DNA of 64,000 nt, from assembly GCF_009914755.1 (NCBI RefSeq), contig NC_060927.1, one strand, 5' to 3'. The notes below the pieces were generated by a model that searched no databases, was not told the origin of the DNA, and saw nothing but the letters and a program-made list of their open reading frames with translations. Source of the stretch: the human T2T-CHM13v2.0 reference genome, Homo sapiens. Of the stretch, positions 1 to 13,612 are shown one piece after another (the first letter of the stretch is position 1; each line of letters opens with the position of its first letter). The translations under genes were made by a program, and so were the position numbers.

Positions 1-93
1 GTGATATAACTCACTCCAGGCCACATAGGTAGTAACTGACAGGGCCAGGTTTGAAACTTAGCACTTTTTGACTCCAAATAAATGTTTTATCCA
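1..93 (-). mobile_element. MIR SINE fragment
   Basis: Degenerate match to the reverse-complement MIR core (aactcactccaggccacataggtagtaactgacagggccaggtttgaaac...gactccaa). Confidence 0.6.
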
Positions 94-1279
94 AATGTAA
101 TTTTGAATGTCCTATTTTGAGTCACTATCTAGTTATCTCTGTGATAACTTTTTAAATATATTATGTAAACATTTCAAAATTGTTTGCTTTTTTATTTTCT
201 GATTTTTGTTGGAGTAAGAGAAATCTGGATAACACTTTGCTATGCTTCATTTTTCATTAAAAAAGCATCATGCTCTTGCAACAGTAATAACATAAATAAG
301 AGAAATATTACTAACCAAACACCTTACACACTTTTATATTAGCATGCAAAATTTATTTTTTAGCTCTAAAGCTTAAGAAGCAATTTTTTACCTATAATTA
401 TGGATATAGAAGAAATCTCTGTAAATTACTCAAAAATATTTTATTTATCTTGTCTAATCCAAGATGTAACTCTCTGCCCAGTAAGTTCTTACATAAGTCC
501 CAAATTTGAGTAAAAATAAAATGATTTAAACTGTTAGTCACAAATAGTATTGATATGCAGTATAAATACAGTACCTTTTGATAAAGTAGCAAACTTCTAA
601 ATTAGTTACTCAAAGATTTGTGTAGTTGGGTCCAAATTTATTTCCTTTTTCCTTATTGCATAGCACTGTTTTTCAGTCAAATTGGTCTCCAGATCAGTTT
701 TCTGTGTTGTATTCCATCTGAAATGTCTTTTCTCCTGCTAATTCCCTTCCATTCTTCACATCTTCCTGTGTTGTTTTTGGCTCTCCATATATATAACTAT
801 CTTGTTCTATCATTGTCCAACATCTTTTTTGTCAGTGGTTATAAACATCTTTAGCAAAACTAGATTTCCTCCTTTTTTTCCCCCCAAAAAATGTTTTATC
901 CATCATTTTTTTCCCATTCTATGTCATCCACATTGGAATAGATTTAGTTCTGAAACCAGATTTTTAGAGTGGATTTTAGTTTGAAGAACAGTTTTAGATA
1001 TACAGAGAAATTAAAAAGATAGTGCAAAGATTTCCCATGTATCCTGCACTCAGATTTCTCCTATTAACATTTCACATGATTAGTATGACACTTTTGTCAC
1101 AATTAATAAACCAGTACTGATACATTATTATTACCTAAAGTCTATAGTTTACTCAGCTTTCCTTAGTTTTTACCGAATGTCTTTTTCTGTTCCAGGATCA
1201 CATCCACGATTCCATATCACAGTTTTCATGTCTCCTTAGGCTCCTCTTGGCTGCAACAGTTTCCCAGATTTTCTTTGTT

Positions 1280-1311
1280 TTTGTTTGTTTGTTTGTTTGT
1301 TTGTTTGTTTT
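1280..1311. repeat. (GTTT)n microsatellite
   Basis: Tandem gttt units seen directly. Confidence 0.9.
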
Positions 1312-4300
1312 GACATTGACAGTTTTTGAGAACTGGGTAAGTGTTTTATGGGATTCCCCTCTACTGGAATTTGTCTGGTGTTTTATTAATGGTTAGACTG
1401 GGGTTACTGGTCTTCGGGAAAACCTCAGAGAAAAAGTACCATTTTCATTGCATCATATCAAAGGTTTATAGAATCAGTATGATTTATGGTTGTTGATATT
1501 GACCTTGTTCTCCTAGCTGAGGTACTGTTTTTCAGGTTTGTCTACTGTAAAGTTGCCCCTACTTCCTTCCCATACTGTACTATTTGGAAAGAAGTCACCA
1601 CGTGCAGCCCACACTTAGGGAGTGAGGATTTATGGGGCCCCTCCTGGAGTGCAGAGTATTGACATTAATTATTTTGAGTTATTTTACAAGGGATATTTGC
1701 TCCTTCTCCCCTAATTATTAAGTTATTCAATAATGTATTCATATCACTAAGGACTTACGGATATTTGTTCTACACTTTGTGTTATAGTCCAATATTAGTT
1801 TATTTTATTCTTCAAATTGTTCCAGCTTTGGCTATTGGGAGCTTTCAGTTGGCTCCGGAGTTGTCTCTTTGACACACCCTCATCATTGTATGGATTTTTT
1901 GTTTGTTTTGTTTTGTTTTTTGAGCACTTCCTCACTTCCTGGCACTATAAGATGTTCCAGGCTCATCGTACACATTTCCTGTCCCAGTAATAAAATCAGC
2001 CTTTTCTCCAAAGAGTCCTGGTTCCTCTTACTGAAAAATAATATTAGAATCCAAGATCTTGGTGGTAGATGTACTCATTGTTACCGGGATACTGCTGCTT
2101 CTAGGCCCTGTCAGCTGACATAGCAAAGAAATATAGATGTGTATATATGTCTTATGTATATACACATATCTATGAATATTTCTCTACATAACCATCTATA
2201 TCTTTATTAAGCAAAAACATGAGTTCATACTTATGTCTCCAGCTCTGACTTATTATCACATGAATCATTCTAGCCTCCTCTTATTTATCTATTTGCAAAT
2301 TCCCACTTCATTAGCATGAAACCTGGTTGCTACTTCAGTTGAGTCACAAAAGAAAAATGAAAACAACAACAACAACAAAAGAAACCTGGTTGCCACCACC
2401 CACTATCCACTTATGCAGACAATGTTTCTAGAATTATTAACCCATACCTCCATGGGCACAACTTAATTAACTAGAGTATAGTGCTTATGTGAAGTTTCTT
2501 TTGCCTATAGTCTTAGAGACTCCACTCCTTTTCAGAGTTGCTTCCTTCCCCCCCCAATCCCTACCTTTTCTCCTTCAGTATGATACTTTCATACATTTGT
2601 ACAGTTAGGTCCTCTTTCACAGTCTGCATTGCTTTATGAGATCTTCTGACCTTGTAAATAGTGTTTAATTTGCATAACATTCACTCTTTGTGCTATAAAG
2701 TTATGAAGGTTTTGAAAGAGAGTGTCTGGCATCATACAGAATAGTTTCACGCTGTAAAAATCCCCTCTCCTTTATCTATTCAGTCCTTTCCTCCTTCCCC
2801 CAAACTCCTGAAAACCAATGGTCTTTTTACCATCTCTACGGTTTTGCCTTTTAAAGAATGCTATAAAATTGGAATCTTAAATATGTAACCTTTTCAAACT
2901 GGCTGTCTTCACTTAGCCATATATATTTAGGGTTTCCCCATGTCTTTTTATGTCTTGATAGCTCACTCCTTTTTATTGCTGAATCTATAATATTCTGTTG
3001 TATAGATACACCATAGTTTGCTTTTGTGTCGATTCACCAATTGAAGGACATCTTAGTTAGTAATGGGTTCTTGTACTTATGAATAAAGTTGCCATAAATA
3101 TTTGCAGGCAGATTTTTGTGTGACCACAAGTTTTCAAATCAGTTGAGTAAATATCTAGGAGTGGAATTGTTGGATCTTATGGTAAGATTAGGTTAAACTT
3201 TGTAAGAAACTGCCAAACTGTCTTTTAAAGTGGCTGTGTCATTTTGCATTTCCATCAGCAATGAATAAAAGTTCCTGTAGCTGCACATCCTCACTAGCAT
3301 TTGGTGTTGTCAGTGTTTTGTTATTTTAGCCATTCTAATAAGTGTGTAGCAGTGATTCATTAATGTTTTAATTTGCAATTCCCTCATATATGATGTTGAA
3401 CATCTTTCTACATGCTTATTTGCTGTCTACATCTGTTCTTTTGTAAAGTGTCTGTTCAGATCTTTTGCCCATTTTTAATTGGGTTGTTTGTTTTTTTATT
3501 GTTGAATTTTAGTATTTCTATTTTTATTTTGGACATAAGACCTTTACCAGATATGTGTTTTATGAACATTTTCTTCTAGTATGTGGCTTGTCTTTTCATT
3601 CTTTTAACAATATCTTTCATGGAGTAGAAATTTTTGGTTTTAATGAAGTCCAACTTATTATTTGTTTTTCTTCAGTGGATCATGCTTTTGATATTGTGTC
3701 TAAAAATTCATCACCAAGCCCAGCGTTACCTACATTGTCTATATGTTTCTTCTAGAAGTTTTACAAGTCTGCATTTTACATTCAGGTGTATGATCCACTT
3801 TGAGTTAATTTTTATGAAAGGTATAAACTCTGTGTAGATTACTATATATATATTTGCAAATGGACATTTAGTTGCTCAGCACCATTTGTTGAACAGGCCT
3901 TATTTTCTCAATTAAAATAGCTTCCTGGCTTTGTCAAAGATAGTCAAATATAGTCAACTGACTATATTTGTGGGGGTCTAATTCTGTAATCTCTATTCTT
4001 TTCCACTGATCTATGCCCCTATTCTTTCAATGGTCTAAACTGTATTAATCACTATAACTTTTATATTGAGTCTTGACATCGGTTAGTGTCAGCCCTCCAA
4101 CTTTGTTCTTCTAATTCTGTTGGGTATTATGGGTCTTTTCCTTCTCCACCTAAACTTAATAATCAGTTTGTTAATATCTACAAAACAGCTTGCTAAGATT
4201 TTGATTGGGATTGCGCTGAATATGTAGGTGAGTTTGGAAGAATTGATATCTTAATAATGTTGAGTCTTTCAATATGCAAACATGGAATACCCCTCTATAT

Positions 4301-6769
4301 GTTTAGAGCTCCTTTGATTTCTTTCATCAGAATTTTATAGTTTCCTATGTATAAATATTGTATATATTTCGTTATATTTATACCTAAGAATTTCAATCTT
4401 TTTTTAGTATTTTAAATGGTATTGTGTTCTTAATTTCAAATTACAATTGTTCACTGCTAGTACATAGGAAATTTGTGTATATTAAATTTGTATATATTAA
4501 ATATTTATTCCAAGACTTGTTATTAGTTCCAGGTTTGTTTGTTTTTTAAATTTTTTGGGATTTTCTACATAGAAAATCATGTCATCTGGAGACAATAACA
4601 TTATTATTTCTTTCTTCCCAATTTGTATACCTTTGGTTTCCTTTTCTTGTATTATTGCACTGTCTAGAAATTCTAGTATAATGCTGAGTGAGAGTAGTGA
4701 GAGGGAACATCCTTGCCTTTTCCCAATAAGAGGGAAAGCCTTCAGTTTCTCATCATTAAGTGTGACATTACTTGTAGATTTTTGGTAGATGTTCTGTATC
4801 AAGTTGAGGAAGTTCTTGTCTATTCCTAGTTTGCTAACAGTTTACATAATGAATAGATGTTGAATTTTTGTCAAATGGTTTTTCTAGGTGAATCAATGTG
4901 ATCATATGTGCTTTTTTCTGTAGCATGTTGATGTGGCAGATCACACCAATTTTCCATGTAATTTTATCAATATACAATTTTCAGATGCTGACCAGCATTC
5001 CATACCTAAAGTAAACTTCTCTTGGTGATAGTGTAAAATTTTTTATTCATTGTTGAATTTGATTTGCTAACATTTTGTTGAGGACTTTGCATCTATATAG
5101 GCCTATAGTTTTCTATTTGTGTCATGTCTTTATTTGGTTTGAGCGTTAATGTAATGCTTGCCTCATAGCATGAAATAGGTGTGTTCCCTCTGTTTCTAAT
5201 TTCTGTAATAGATTGTAGAGATTTGGTATCATTTCTTCCTTAAACATTTGGTAGAATCCACCACTGAAGACATCTGGGCCTAGTCCTTTCTGTTTAGGAA
5301 TATTATTATTTATTGATTCAATATTTTTAATAGATATCTTCTTATATCTATTACGATGGTCTATTTCTCTTTCTTTTAGTTTTGTGGTTTGTGTCTTTCA
5401 AGGAATTAGTCCATTTCATCTAAGGTATCACATGTGTGGATGTAAAATTATTCATAGTATTCATTTTCAATCCTTTTAATGTCCATGGGATCAATAGTGA
5501 TGGCCACTCTTTAATTTCTGACAGTAATAATTTATGTCTTCTCTCCTTTTCTCTTGGTTAGCCTTACTAGATGTTAAAAAACAAATTTTATTTTGTTGAT
5601 TTTGTCTATTGTTTTTCTGTTTTCAATTTCCTTGATTTCTGCTCTAATTTTTTCTTCTGATTGTTTTGGGCTTAAGATACTCTTCTTTCTTTGTTCTTAA
5701 AATGGAAACTTAGACTGTTAATTTGTTATTTATTTTCAAATGTTTTCATTTAATGCTATAAATTTTCCTCTATGTACTGCCTTCATCACATCCCACACAT
5801 CTTAATGTTTTATTTTCGTTTACTCCAAAATGTTTTATAAGTCCCTTTTGAGATTTTTTTCCATTGATCTATCTGTTATTTAAAATTATATAATATAATT
5901 TCCAAACATTTTGGGATTTTTCAGCTATCTTTCTATTATTGATTTCTATGTTGATTCAGTTAAGGTCTGAAAGCATACTTGTATGATTTCTATTCTTTTT
6001 AATTTCTTAAGGTGTGTTTTATAGCGCAGAATGTGGTCTATCTTAGTGAATTTTCTATGTGAGCTTAAGAAGAATGCGTATTCTGTTGTTGGATGGAGAA
6101 TTCTATAAAAACATCTGTTAGATCAAGTTGATTGATAGTGCTGTTTGGTTTAACTCTATCTTTACTGATTTTCTGCCTGCTTGATCTACTAATTACTATA
6201 AGAGGAGTGTTGACTCTCTAGCTATGACAGTGGATTTGTCTGTTTCTCCTTGTAGTTCTGTCTGTATTTTCCTCGTGTATTTTGATGTTCTGTTGGGTAC
6301 ATACACATTAAAGATTGTATGCCTTATTAGGGAATTGACCACTTTATCATCAGTAATGCCTCTCTTTATGATAGTTTTTCTTTTTCTGAAGTCTGCTTCA
6401 TCTAAAATTAATATAGGTAATCTCATTGTCTTATGTCTTTCTCCAACCCTTTATTTTTAACCTATTTGTGTGTTTATATTTAAAGTGAATTTCTTGTAGA
6501 CAGCATGTATAGTTGTAGCTTTTTTATCCACTCTGACAATCTCTGTCTTTAAGTGATATACTTAGACCATTCACATTTATAGTGATTATTGATATATTTA
6601 GATTAATATTTGCCATGTTTATACTATTCTCTATTGTTTGCACTTTTTTGTTTCTTTTGTTTTTTTCCTCTGTTTTTCTGCCTTCTCTCATTTTAATTAA
6701 GCATTTTATATTATTCCATTTTCCTGTTTCTCTTAGCATATAAATTATATTTCTTTCAAAAAATTTTAG

Positions 6770-7056
<287 letters not shown>

Positions 7057-8044
7057 TTTAGTGTTGCCTGAGAGTTTATAATATACATATACAACTACTC
7101 TAAATAGACCTTACAATAACACTATCCTGCTTCACAGATTATGCAGGTGCCTTTTAATTAAGTAGTGTCAATTCCTCTCTCCCATCCCTTAAGAAATTAA
7201 AATTATTTTTGCTTATCAATGTACTATAATTAGACAATACATTGTTACCATTTTTAACAGCTATCCATTAGATTAATGAAAGATAAGAAAAATAAAAGCT
7301 TTTAATCTACTTTTATTTCTTCTCTGAGGCTTTTTTTTTTTTTAATATTGATCCAGGTTCCTGATCTATATCATTTTCCTTCTCCCCAAAGAGCTTCTTT
7401 CAACATTTCATTCAGGGTAGGTATGCTATCAGTGAATTCCCTCAGTTTTTATTTGTTTGAGAAAGTCTTTATTTCTCTTTCACTTTTAAGGGATAGTTTC
7501 ACTGGATACAGAAATTTAAGTTATTGGTTTGATTCTTTTAACTCTTTAAATTTATTCCACTCTCTTCTTGCTTGCATGGTTTCTGATGAGAAGTCTGATG
7601 TAATATTTAACTTCTTTCCCTCTAGAAGGAAAGTGTTCTCCCTATTATCTTGGTGTCTTTTAAGATAGCCTCTTTTTCTTTGATTTGTCTGCAGTCTGCT
7701 ATATGTCTGGGTGTAGATTTTTTGGTATGCATTCTCTGTGTTCTTTGAGCTTCCTGGATCTGTGGTTTGATGTCTGTCATTAGTTTGCTAAAGTTCTAAG
7801 CCATTATTACTTCAATATTTCCTCTTTTCCACTGGTATTCCAGTTATGCAATTTTATATCTTTTGAAATTGTCCCATGGTTCTTGGATATTCTGTTCTAT
7901 TTTTGTAAAATTACTTTTTCCTTTTGTATTTTAGCTTCAGAAGTTTCTATCAACATATCTTCAAGTTCGCTGATTCACTACCAGGCTATTCCAGGCTACT
8001 AATGATCCCATCAAAGGCATTCTTCATTTGTGTTACAAAGCTTT

Positions 8045-8046
<2 letters not shown>

Positions 8047-8077
<31 letters not shown>

Positions 8078-8118
8078 TTCTCCCTCCTCCTACTCCACCT
8101 TATTATTATTATTATTAT
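8047..8118. repeat. (CCT)n followed by (TAT)n simple repeats inside the L1 ORF1 relic
   Basis: Seen directly; explains the poly-Pro/poly-Tyr ORF 7924-8127. Confidence 0.9.
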
Positions 8119-9229
8119 GATTTCTAGTGTTTCCTTTTGATACTTTCTTAGAATTTCCATCTCCATTATAGTATTACCAATCTGTTTCTGCATGTTGTCT
8201 ACTTTTTCCATTAAAGCCCTTAACATGTTAATCATACTTATGTTAAATTTCCTGTCTGATCATTACAAAACCTGCATGAATCTGGGTCTGGTTCTGATGC
8301 TTTCTTTCTCTCTTCAGACTGTACTTTTTCTTGCTTTTTAGTATGCTGTATAATTTTTTGTTTAAAGGCAGACATGAAATATGGGGTAATAGGACAGGAA
8401 CTGAAGTAAATAGGCCTATAGTGTAAAGCTTTATGTTAATTTGGTCAGCAGGTAGGCTGTTTTAATATCTGCCATAGCTGTAGGTTTTAGGAGATTCAAA
8501 TTTTTCTAGTGTCCTTATTTTTTCTTCCCTGTTGTCTTTAGATTTGCCTAGGAATTCCCTCTTAAACCTAGTCTGAGCCTTGCAGCTCTTTCAGCTATAA
8601 TCCATTTTATTACACTAGAGCCCTGTTGATGAGGTGGTAAGGAGTGAGGAAGAGGAATTATTCTACATGTTATTATTAAATTTCAGTCTTATAGGGTGCC
8701 TGTGCCAATGTGCTGTAACCTTCAAAAATATATTTTTTCACCCTCAACCCTTTATGTAAGACAAGAAGACTAGATGAAGTTGAATTTTGGGGAAAAGTCT
8801 CTCTTTCAGCTGAGATAGGCTTCTGATAAAGTCTTTTTCACTGCAAACTTTCGGTTGAGATAGGCTTCTGATAAAGTCTTTTTCACTGCAAAGTAGGTTC
8901 TGTGATGGAGAATGCCCTTTTCCCTTTCCCTTACCAGGGAAATGGTAATTTTTTTTTCTTGGCTCATCACCATGAGAACATGATAAGGTTCCTTGAGGTA
9001 TAAGCCCATTAAAGTATGGGGGCCTCCCTAAGACTGAAGCTTCTAGGAATTTCTCATTTTCATGATAGTCTACTCTCAGCCTCCAGCAATTCATCAAAAT
9101 TACAATTTAAGCATTTCTACTGGTGACTGGCTCCAGTGGCTCCTACTCCATATAAAATACTCTTGGCTGTAATTCTCTGTAATTTCCTGTCTCCCCAGAT
9201 TTCAGGATGACAGCTTTCCCAGTGACTTG

Positions 9230-9855
9230 TGTGGGGGCTCAGAAGATAATACCCCATAATAAAGGCCTCAGAAGCAGCCTCAGAAGCGAAAATTTTTCTC
9301 TGACCTTCTCCTGCCCTGCTGTCTCTAGGTCATATTCTCCTCCAAGGCTAGCCATAGAAACTAGAATCCTCTTCTCCAAGACAGATCATAGAAACCAGAA
9401 CCCCCTTTCCCTATGGCCAGCCATAAAACCTAAAAATATTACTCTAATTTTTCCTCTGCCTTTCTGTGTAAAAACTGGCCATAAAGAAATTATCTGACCT
9501 ATCTTGTTTGACTATAGGTCTAAGACCCTCATTCCAGAGAGGGTCTTGCCTCATACCCAGAAGGAAGGAACACATGCTCAGAGAGGCCAGGAAGAATCAG
9601 GATAGGCAGGCCTTGCTGAGTGTCCCCACTCAGTCTATTAGCATTACAGCACACCCTTTTTGTCCAATCATATTTCTACATGCTGTCTATACTTTGTTGA
9701 ACCTAAGCATAAAAATGGACAATTTCCCCTGTATCTTTAGGTTGTCATTCTGAAGGCTCCCACATATGCACTTTAAATAAATTTGTATGCCTTTTCTCCA
9801 CTTTCATGAATTGATGTACAACCATCCTTCACAGGGCCAAGTCTTGGCTCCTACA
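9230..9855 (+). mobile_element. ERV1 solo LTR, MER34/MER39-family-like
   Basis: TG...CA termini (tgtgggggctcag ... ggctcctaca), aataaa at about 9777, 4-bp TSD cttg/cttc. The L1 5'UTR resumes after it. Confidence 0.8.
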
Positions 9856-10058
9856 CTTCAATTCTTTGATAGGCCTGCCCAAGAACAGTTATTGATTTTC
9901 AGCTGTTTCAGCTTTTCTTATGTTGCAAGGACAGAAGTAACAATTTCGAAGCTACTTATGTGTCAGAGCTTTACTCCATTTGGTATCTCTCCAAGACTTC
10001 AGCACAGTGTCAAGTGTTAGCAAGGGTTTGTTGAATGTGTAAGTTAGTGGATAAAATA

Positions 10059-10200
10059 ACACAAAGAAAGGAGAAATGCTTGAGTTTATGAGTACCCCAT
10101 TTACCCTGAAGTGTATGCATTATATGCCTGTATCAAAATATCTCACGTATCCTATAAATATATAACCTATTATATACCCACAAAAATTAAAAATGTAAAA
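10059..10200 (+). mobile_element. L1MA-like 3' end fragment
   Basis: gtaccccatttaccctga...gcctgtatcaaaatatctcacgta...acccacaaaaattaaaaa is a typical L1MA 3' terminus. Confidence 0.75.
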
Positions 10201-10364
10201 GAACATAGAATAACTGTAGTTCTCTATTATTTTCAAAACTTATTTTGTGTGATCTGAATCAGAAAACAATTACACCAGGTAAAAACTAGATCAGATTTTA
10301 AGAATAAGTTTTTTTTCAAAATATTTCCATGGCATTACATACAAGTCTCCTTTACTCTTTCACT

Positions 10365-10548
10365 TGTCAAATATTTATTGTATGTGTATTATATATCTCT
10401 ATTGTTCTAGGTGCTAGGGATGCAGCAGTGAGCAAGGCAAAGTTCCTACCTTTACAGACCTTATAGACCACTGGGAGATACAAATAATAAAAACAAATAA
10501 GGGAATATATAATGTAATTGCAGAAAGTGATCATTTAATGAAGAAGTT
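10365..10548 (-). mobile_element. L2 fragment (target of the L1PA insertion)
   Basis: aatatttattg...gttctaggtgctagggatgcagcagtgagcaag matches the reverse-complement L2 3' end. Confidence 0.65.
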
Positions 10549-12119
10549 AGGTTGTCTGTTCACTCTGACGGTAGTTTCTTTTGCTATGCAGAAGCTCGTT
10601 AGTTTAATTAGATCCCATTTGTCAATTTTGGCTTTTGTTGCCATTGTTTTTTGTGTTTTAGACATGAAGTCCTTGCCCATGCCTATGTCCTGAATGGTAT
10701 TGCCTAGGTTTTCTTCTAGGGTTTTTATGGTTTTAGGTCTAACATTTAAGTCTTTAATCCATCTTGAATTAATTTGTGTATAAGTTGTAAGGAAGGGATC
10801 CAGTTTCAGCTTTCTACATATGGCTAGCCAGTTTTCCCAGCACCATTTATTAAATAGGGAATTGTTTCCCCATTTCTTGTTTTTGTCAGGTTTGTCAAAG
10901 ATCAGATGGTTGTAGATATGTGGCATTATTCCTGAGGGCTCTGTTCTGTTCCATTGGTCTATATCTCTGTTTTGGTACCAGTACCATGCTGTTTTGGTTA
11001 CTGTAGCCTTGTAGTATAATTTGAAGTCAGGTAGCGTGATGCCTCCTCCAGCTTTGTTCTTTTGGCTTAGGATTGACTTGGCAATGCAGGCTCTTTTTTG
11101 ATTCCATATGAACTTTAAAGTAGTTTTTTCCAAGAATGGGAGAAAGATTTTGCAATCTACTCATCTGACAAAGGGCTAATATCCAGAATCTACAATGAAC
11201 TCCAACAAATTTACAAGAAAAAAAAACAAACAACCCCATCAAAAAGTGGGTGAAGGATATGAACAGACACTTCTCAAAAGAAGACATTTATGCAGCCAAA
11301 AGACACATGAAAAAATGCTCATCACCACTGGCCATCAGAGAAATGCAAATGAAAACCACAATGAGATACCATCTCACACCAGTTAGAATGGCGATCATTA
11401 AAAAGTCAGGAAACAACAGGTGCTGGAGAGGATGTGGAGAAATAGGAACACTTTTACACTGTTGGTGGGACTGTAAACTAGTTCAACCATTGTGGAAGTC
11501 AATGTGGCCATTCCTCAAGGATCTATAACTAGAAATACCATTTGACCCAGCCATCCCCTTACTGGGTATATACCCAAAGGATTATAAATCATGCTGCTAT
11601 AAAGACACATGCACACGTATGTTTATTGCAGCACTATTCACAATAGCAAGGACTTGGAACCAACCGAAATGTCCAGCAATGATGGACTGGATTAAGAAAA
11701 TGTGGCACATATACACCATGGAATACTATGCAGTCATAAAAAAGGATGAGTTCATGTCCTTTGTAGGGACATGGATGAAGCTGGAAACCATCATTCTCAG
11801 CAAACTATCACAAGGACAAAAAACCAAACACCGCATGTTCTCACTCATAGTTGGGAATTGAACAATGAGAACACGTGGACACAGGAAGGGGACCATCACA
11901 CACTGGGGCCTGTTGTGGGGTGGGGGGCGGGGGAGGGGGTGGGGGGAGGGGGGGAGGGGGAGGGGGGAGGGGGAGGGGGAGGGGGAGGGTTAGCAGTTGG
12001 AGGTATACCTAATGTTAAATGACGAGTTACTGGGTGCAGCACACCAACATGGCACATGTATACATATGTAACTAATATACACGTTGTGCACATGTACCCT
12101 AAAACTTAAAGTATAATAA

Positions 12120-12150
<31 letters not shown>

Positions 12151-12152
12151 AA
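10549..12152 (+). mobile_element. 5'-truncated, 5'-inverted L1PA (L1PA4-like)
   Basis: 10549-11133 is ORF2 on minus (ORF 10531-11133, [25 protein letters not shown]). 11133-12152 is the ORF2 end and 3'UTR on plus with an (AAAT)n tail. Candidate TSD aagaagtt (10541-48) / aagaattt (12153-60). Confidence 0.92.
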
Positions 12153-12177
12153 AAGAATTTAAAGGAAGAATGATCAG

Positions 12178-12572
12178 AAAACTAAACATCCAACTAAATA
12201 TGACCCAGCAATTGTCCACCTGAGTATCCTAGAGAAATGAAGACATGTTCATATAAAAACCTGTATACCAATGTTTATTGTAGCTTTATTCATAATAGTC
12301 AAAATTGGAAACAACTCAGATAGTGAATAGTTAAACAAACTGTGGTAAATTCGTATCATGGAATATGACTCAGCAATAAAAAAGAATTGAGATGTCTGTA
12401 TCTTAACCATATCAATGTCAATACCTTGGTTGTAATATTTTACTATAGTTTTGAAATATGTTAACATTGGGAAAAACCAGGTAAAGAGTGCACAGAATCC
12501 CTCTGAATTATTTGTTACAACTGCCTTTGAATTCATAATTATCTCAAAATCGAAAAAGTTTCCTTTAAAAAA
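12178..12572 (+). mobile_element. L1MC-like (L1MC4-type) 3' fragment with internal deletion
   Basis: atatgacccagcaatt...ggaatatgactcagcaataaaaaagaa is joined directly to the 3' terminus tcaatgtcaatacc...attatctcaaaat. Confidence 0.7.
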
Positions 12573-12739
12573 TTATAGCTTTAATACACGGGATACTACG
12601 TAGCCAAGTGTCTCTCTAAATCCCTAAAATGTTCAGTAGACAGAGCTTATTTTGATTATGTTGTTACCTGATATAATAGGTTCTAGTCTTCCAGTCCCAA
12701 TCATAATGTATGCTTTTTGAGAGGATACATGAAGTTGTG

Positions 12740-13350
12740 AGTAGCACAATACTGAGTCCTTGGTAGGCATTCAATAAATGTTTTGTAAATTATCCAGATG
12801 TTTGCTCCAACAACGCCTCGTGGTGTATCAGCATAAAAAACCTGCAACAGCAGACTTATTTACTTTCAATTCCTTTAGTGTTTTTGCAGCTCTGCAGCAT
12901 TTGATATTATTGGCCTCTTCTTTTTCCTTAAAATTTCCTATTTTCCTTGACTTCTGGGACAAAATACTTTTATGATTCCCCTAGTTCTTTCATCTATCAT
13001 ATGACTCATTCTCTGATACTTCATCTTTCTAAACTCTAAATATAAACATTACTTAAATTATTTTATTTGGCTTCTTCCCTTTTCTTCTATCTAATTTCAT
13101 TGATAATCTCAACCATGATGCTGACTTCTTAAAAGACAGTTTTGCAAATGGCCTTTCATTTTCAGTTCCAAGCCACATCTAAGCTCCTCAGCTTTTATTT
13201 CTAACTGTCTAATGAACATTGCCATCTTAACTTCTCTGTGGCACTTCTAACTCAACAGTCCCCAAACATAACATATCATCTTTTCTCTTCTCATTACCCA
13301 TATCTCTTTCTTGTTTTGTGCTCCCTATTTTTTATTAGGACCCCACCAGC
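12740..13350 (+). mobile_element. L2 fragments
   Basis: L2 3' end motif (tggtaggcattcaataaatgttttgt) and an L2 body segment (ctctgcagcatttgatatt...ccttgacttctgggacaa). Confidence 0.6.
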
Positions 13351-13612
13351 ATCAATAACATGAATATCAAATTTTTTATTCTTTTGCCTATTGACAAATC
13401 TGAACATACGGAACATGTTCTGTGTTCTGTATGTTCCGTTTTGTCACTAGGCAAGAAAACTTTTCAAATTTTGCCCCAGGAAAGTGGCAATCATTTTTCT
13501 GAGCTGGAAAGGACCTCTCCGGTGACTTCATCTGTGGTCTCTGTGCAGATTACAAATATGGGCTGTGGAGATACATAACTTGATTTCAAGGCAAAGCCTG
13601 TATTTCTTCCCA

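Noticed and set aside
10531-11861. ORFs of 200, 92 and 80 aa as genes
   Set aside because: These are C-terminal L1 ORF2p pieces of a truncated, inverted copy with no promoter, endonuclease or RT domain.
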